A model generated the notes under the pieces. The model ran no database searches and had not been told where the DNA came from. It saw nothing but the letters and a program-made list of their open reading frames with translations. From Thalia democratica (taxonomy: Eukaryota): a stretch of 64,000 nt of DNA. Below are positions 60,513 through 64,000 of this stretch, piece after piece (within the stretch, counting starts at the first letter, position 1; every line of letters begins with the position of its first letter). A program made the position numbers and the translations under genes. The stretch spans positions 54,870,001-54,934,000 of the forward strand of contig OZ241828.1 of the NCBI GenBank assembly GCA_965202585.1. The letters run 5' to 3'.

Positions 60513-61370
60513 CTGTAACCTCTCGCTTATTTACGCACATTGTGTCCACAGAAAAAAATGCGTAAAGATATGAGAGATCGTAAAGATAAATTAGGTACAG
60601 AATATACTTACTATAATGGCTGTTTCTTGATATTGCTTCTGGTTAAAAGCGGACTGGGGACTTTACCTCTTTTTACAATTTGTTTACTTTATTTATATAT
60701 ATGAAAACAAAAGATAAAACTATACCTCTATTAAAAAAAGGATTTAAATTTATATGAAATAATAATACTTGTAGAAAAATTTTAAAAAATTTAATAACAA
60801 GTAGATTTTATCTTAATCTTTATTTATATGTGACTTATTTGATACTTAACATTTATATTATATTGTACTTAGCAAATTAAATTTATAATTATGCATTTGT
60901 TTACAACTAAGAAATGGTGTGATTTCTATATTAAAATCTGTTTCTATAGTCTTTAAAACATGAATTTGGTGCTTTAATGGATTTCTTCTTTTGAACAAGA
61001 ATATATAAGATATAAGAAAAATGTTTAATAAAAATTGTTTATGTTACTACAACTTTTTTTAGTTTAACATTTGCCCACATAAGGATAAACCTTAATTTAA
61101 TCTCTTATTGTTAATAAAATTTATGATATACTGAGTTATAACTAAATCTTCATCAATTAGTCAAAGAACATAAGTTTACAAAGTCTAAAGATAAAGAGAG
61201 GTGAGTTAGCATTTAGAAACATATTTTAAGTTAATAACATACAATAAACCTAATTTGAGCAATAATAAAAAAATTAAAATTTTTTTTATTTGAATTTTTA
61301 GAATTCTAAAATGCGTAACTAAACGAGAGTGCGTAACGTCACAAGTTCGTAAATATGCGAGAGGTTACTG
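60513..61370. mobile_element. Non-autonomous Tc1/mariner (pogo/Tigger-like) element
   Basis: TA|CTGTAACCTCTCGCTTATTTACGCAC ... GTTCGTAAATATGCGAGAGGTTACTG|TA. 26-bp TIRs 23/26 identical, TA on both sides, subterminal TGCGTAA motifs. Confidence 0.82.
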
Positions 61371-62771
61371 TATGGCAATTAATTTCTAGTAGAAAAACTT
61401 AGGGATCAGCCGCGGTCCAAGTGTGACCCGAAAAAATAGTTTAGCGCGTCAGGATTTTTATCTAATAAACAACTAACGCTGAAAAGGCAAATTAAATCTT
61501 TTTTAAAATTAAAATTTACAATTTTTTTTTTTGTAAGTAAACTGTGCAGTGTAGCCTATTTTATGTTTATTTCGTTACAGTAACATTCATTAAACTAAGA
61601 AATTTTCAAAGCATGTAATTTTAAACACAATAACCCGCGAAGAACTTTTTCAGTAAATCTAGCCCGTTTCTCATAAAAGGCTGCCGACTTCTGACTAACA
61701 ACTGTTTTATACTAGATTATAAAACACTTAAGTTTGAGATAATTCCTACCTGAATTCAGAACTAGAAGTTATATTAAAATGGTCAGTGGATAGCATGCTA
61801 AAATTAAATAGTATCAAACAAGGTGCATGCTCTTTCACTTAGTTAAAATAATTATTTCGAAAAATATTCATTTATAAATCAAAACCAATATATAAATAAC
61901 TTATAAAAAGGTAAACAATTGTAATAACTTGGGTCTTCTTAAAATAGATAGTAGTCTTAATTAATCAGAACCCATATGTATGACATTAAAAGCTGTTAGT
62001 AATTTATTTAAAATGAGGTTTTATTTAAATAAAAATTTTATATTATATGTCTAATTATCTATTCACGAGTCATGCTAGGCTTGCTGTGATGGGGTAGGGT
62101 AAGCAGAGATAAAATTTGTAAGATTAAGAGACTACAAATTAAACAACAAGGTGAATTTGTTTTAAAAGTTGGAATGAAAGTGTTAGTAGTGTAAAAATAA
62201 CAAAAAAATATTATATATTAAAATGAGGTTCAAGAACGACTTATGCACATATTCAAAAATGATATACTGTTTGTTGATTTTAATCCTTGTTTTACAAACT
62301 TGCACGAAAAACACAACCATTTAACAATATTTTCAGAGAAAAAATATTTTCTCATAACAAAAGAATTTTCAGTATCTTAAGTCTATATTTTATCTTGATT
62401 GTAAAGGGTGATAGGAAATGCACAGAAACTTGAAAAATCAGAACAAGCTTCGAGTATTTCAGCCTGGGCTAAAACTTTAAAATAAATCAGATAACTTTTA
62501 AGTTTTATGGTTAAATAACGTTAAAAGTAAGCTTAAGTTTTATAATTAAAAATGTTTATACTCTCTTTTTTGTTGAGGCTAATTGCCGGTAGTCTTCTTG
62601 ACTAGGTATGAGCAGAACTGAATTGGTTGTAGTTTTTGTTAAAATCTTTATTTTAGCAGTGCAGCTTCATCTTCAATGCCAATTGGATTAAGCGAGTAGG
62701 TGTGTTTAATTTTTGTTTTTACTTAAGTTTAAGTATTTTATCTATTTATTAAATTCTTTCAAAATACTTTA

Positions 62772-62810
62772 AAGCAGACTCAGTTTCGGTCAAAGACCTC
62801 TTCAGTGCTT
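62772..62810 (-). ncRNA. Minimal type I hammerhead ribozyme
   Basis: Minus strand AAGCA-CTGAAGA-GGTC-TTT-GACC-GAAA-CTGA-GTC-TGCTT. Stem I AAGCA/TGCTT, intact core, stem II GGTC/GACC, 2-bp stem III, GUC site. Confidence 0.85.
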
Positions 62811-63028
62811 ATTTAAAAAATCTAGAAAGATGTAGTCATTAGATAGTCATAGAAAACAGTGCTAAAACAAAAAATGAATAAATTTCTGGTATAATTTCTC
62901 CTCTGGAAGTTGAGATCTTTTTATTAGTTTTCAAAATATCAAAAAATACAGTATTTTATCTATTTTAGGTGACAAAGACCTTAAACAAAATTTTATTACA
63001 TTTTAAACAAGAAAAATGTGAATGTAAG

Positions 63029-63692
63029 CAGGGGCGTCGCGTGGGGTGTTGCACTGCCACAATTGCACCACCTTAAAATTTTGTAAGAAAAAAATAAGTA
63101 TCTATAACGTTTTTGTTATTTTTTAGAACAAAACCTCTTATTAAACTCCAATTTAGAAAACGACTATTTTGCTCACTTCACTGCCGTAAACTCTTAGCTG
63201 ACTGCCGCAAATAAACTCAAAACAGCAAAATTTCTTTAAGAATTACCGCAAAATCAATATCTTGCGGTAAGTAAGCTAAGTTGAAAATTCCCTGAAACAG
63301 TAGAGGTTTAAGTATCATTCCACAAGTCATTTTAAACAAAAAATGAAAACAAAGCTAAGCAGAGCACAGGCGATCCAAGCAGAGGCAACTCGAGCAAAAA
63401 CATTTTAAGCAGAGGCAACTCGAGAAGAAGCAACTCGAGAAGAGGCAACTCAAAAAAAGTAACTCGAGAAGAGGCAACTTGAGAAGAAGCAACTAGAGAA
63501 GAGGCAACTCAAGAAGAAGCAACTCGAGAATAGGCAACTCGAGAAGAAGCAACTCAAAAAGAAGAACTCGAGCAGAGGCAACTCGAGCAGAAGCAACTCG
63601 AGCAGAGACAACTCAAGTAGGGGCAAATCGATCACCTTTAACTCGGATTTTTTTTCTGCACCACCTAAGAAAAATACCACGCGACGCCACTG
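63029..63692. mobile_element. Non-autonomous hAT element with perfect 8-bp target-site duplication
   Basis: AATGTAAG|CAGGGGCGTCGCGTGG ... CCACGCGACGCCACTG|AATGTAAG; TIRs 15/16 identical. Confidence 0.88.
63377..63630. repeat. 15-bp minisatellite (GAGAAGA[A/G]GCAACTC) inside the hAT element
   Basis: More than a dozen degenerate tandem copies; it explains the ORF-track hit 63450-63680. Confidence 0.85.
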
Positions 63693-64000
63693 AATGTAAG
63701 TTATCTTTAAAATAAAAATCCAAGGTAGGAAACGGTGTGGTACCCAATAAAAAATATGGTTTTTATTGTCAATACTGGTTTGCTTAAAAAATAATTTTTA
63801 CCATTTTTAAACTAAAACTTATTATTCTCTTAATATTTTTTTATGCTTAATCTTAAAAGTTTTGTTTTTATTACTACAGAAATCAAAATAGCAAAAAACC
63901 GTGTTTACAAAGCTTTTTTTTTCGGTGTGTAGAATCGATGACCGAAAGGCCTCTCTCCACACCATTTCTTTGAACATAGTTGCACTTTGAGCGTTCGTAT

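Noticed and set aside
61400-61700. TAGGGATCAGCCG, a possible hAT left end
   Set aside because: No matching right TIR or TSD found.
63925-63963. GTGTG...CGATGACCGAAAGG...CACAC stem, hammerhead-like
   Set aside because: No CUGANGA core and no GAAA-stem III-NUH arrangement after the hairpin.
1-64000. Many 60-120 aa AT-rich ORFs in the track; tRNA, rRNA or CRISPR candidates
   Set aside because: The ORFs are low-complexity intronic frames, wrong-frame or antisense overlaps of real exons, or exon read-throughs. No cloverleaf, rRNA or repeat-spacer array was seen.

Overview
AT-rich, intron-rich eukaryotic (animal-type) genomic window. I found no rRNA, tRNA or CRISPR features. Three spliced genes were assembled by hand from GT-AG sites and reading-frame continuity. 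(1) A 21-exon aminopeptidase N (M1 family, type II membrane anchor) at 2285-12986 (+). (2) A ~27-exon P5B-type ATPase (ATP13A2-5 polyamine-transporter family) at 23418-53280 (+), whose whole N-terminal domain is tandemly duplicated in frame; one exon pair is nearly identical while its neighbours have diverged. (3) A 4-exon gene at 56400-60275 (-) encoding an ~873-aa acidic protein with clustered PP1-docking-type motifs (KVNF, GILK, KRLRF) followed by ~18 31-aa repeats. Non-coding DNA holds a Penelope-like retroelement and hammerhead-ribozyme set absent from the ORF track: a decayed RT + GIY-YIG element with a U3-A8 variant hammerhead (38271-39610, -), two apparently intact minimal type I hammerheads (18837-18879 +; 62772-62810 -) and two decayed relatives. 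There are also several non-autonomous DNA transposons (hAT, Tc1/pogo, TTAA-flanked), foldbacks and short tandem duplications. Splice signals are atypical: half of the donors in genes 1 and 2 have T at +3 and many acceptors are A-rich. Exon GC content tracks exon length. All exon models are manual and lack transcript support.
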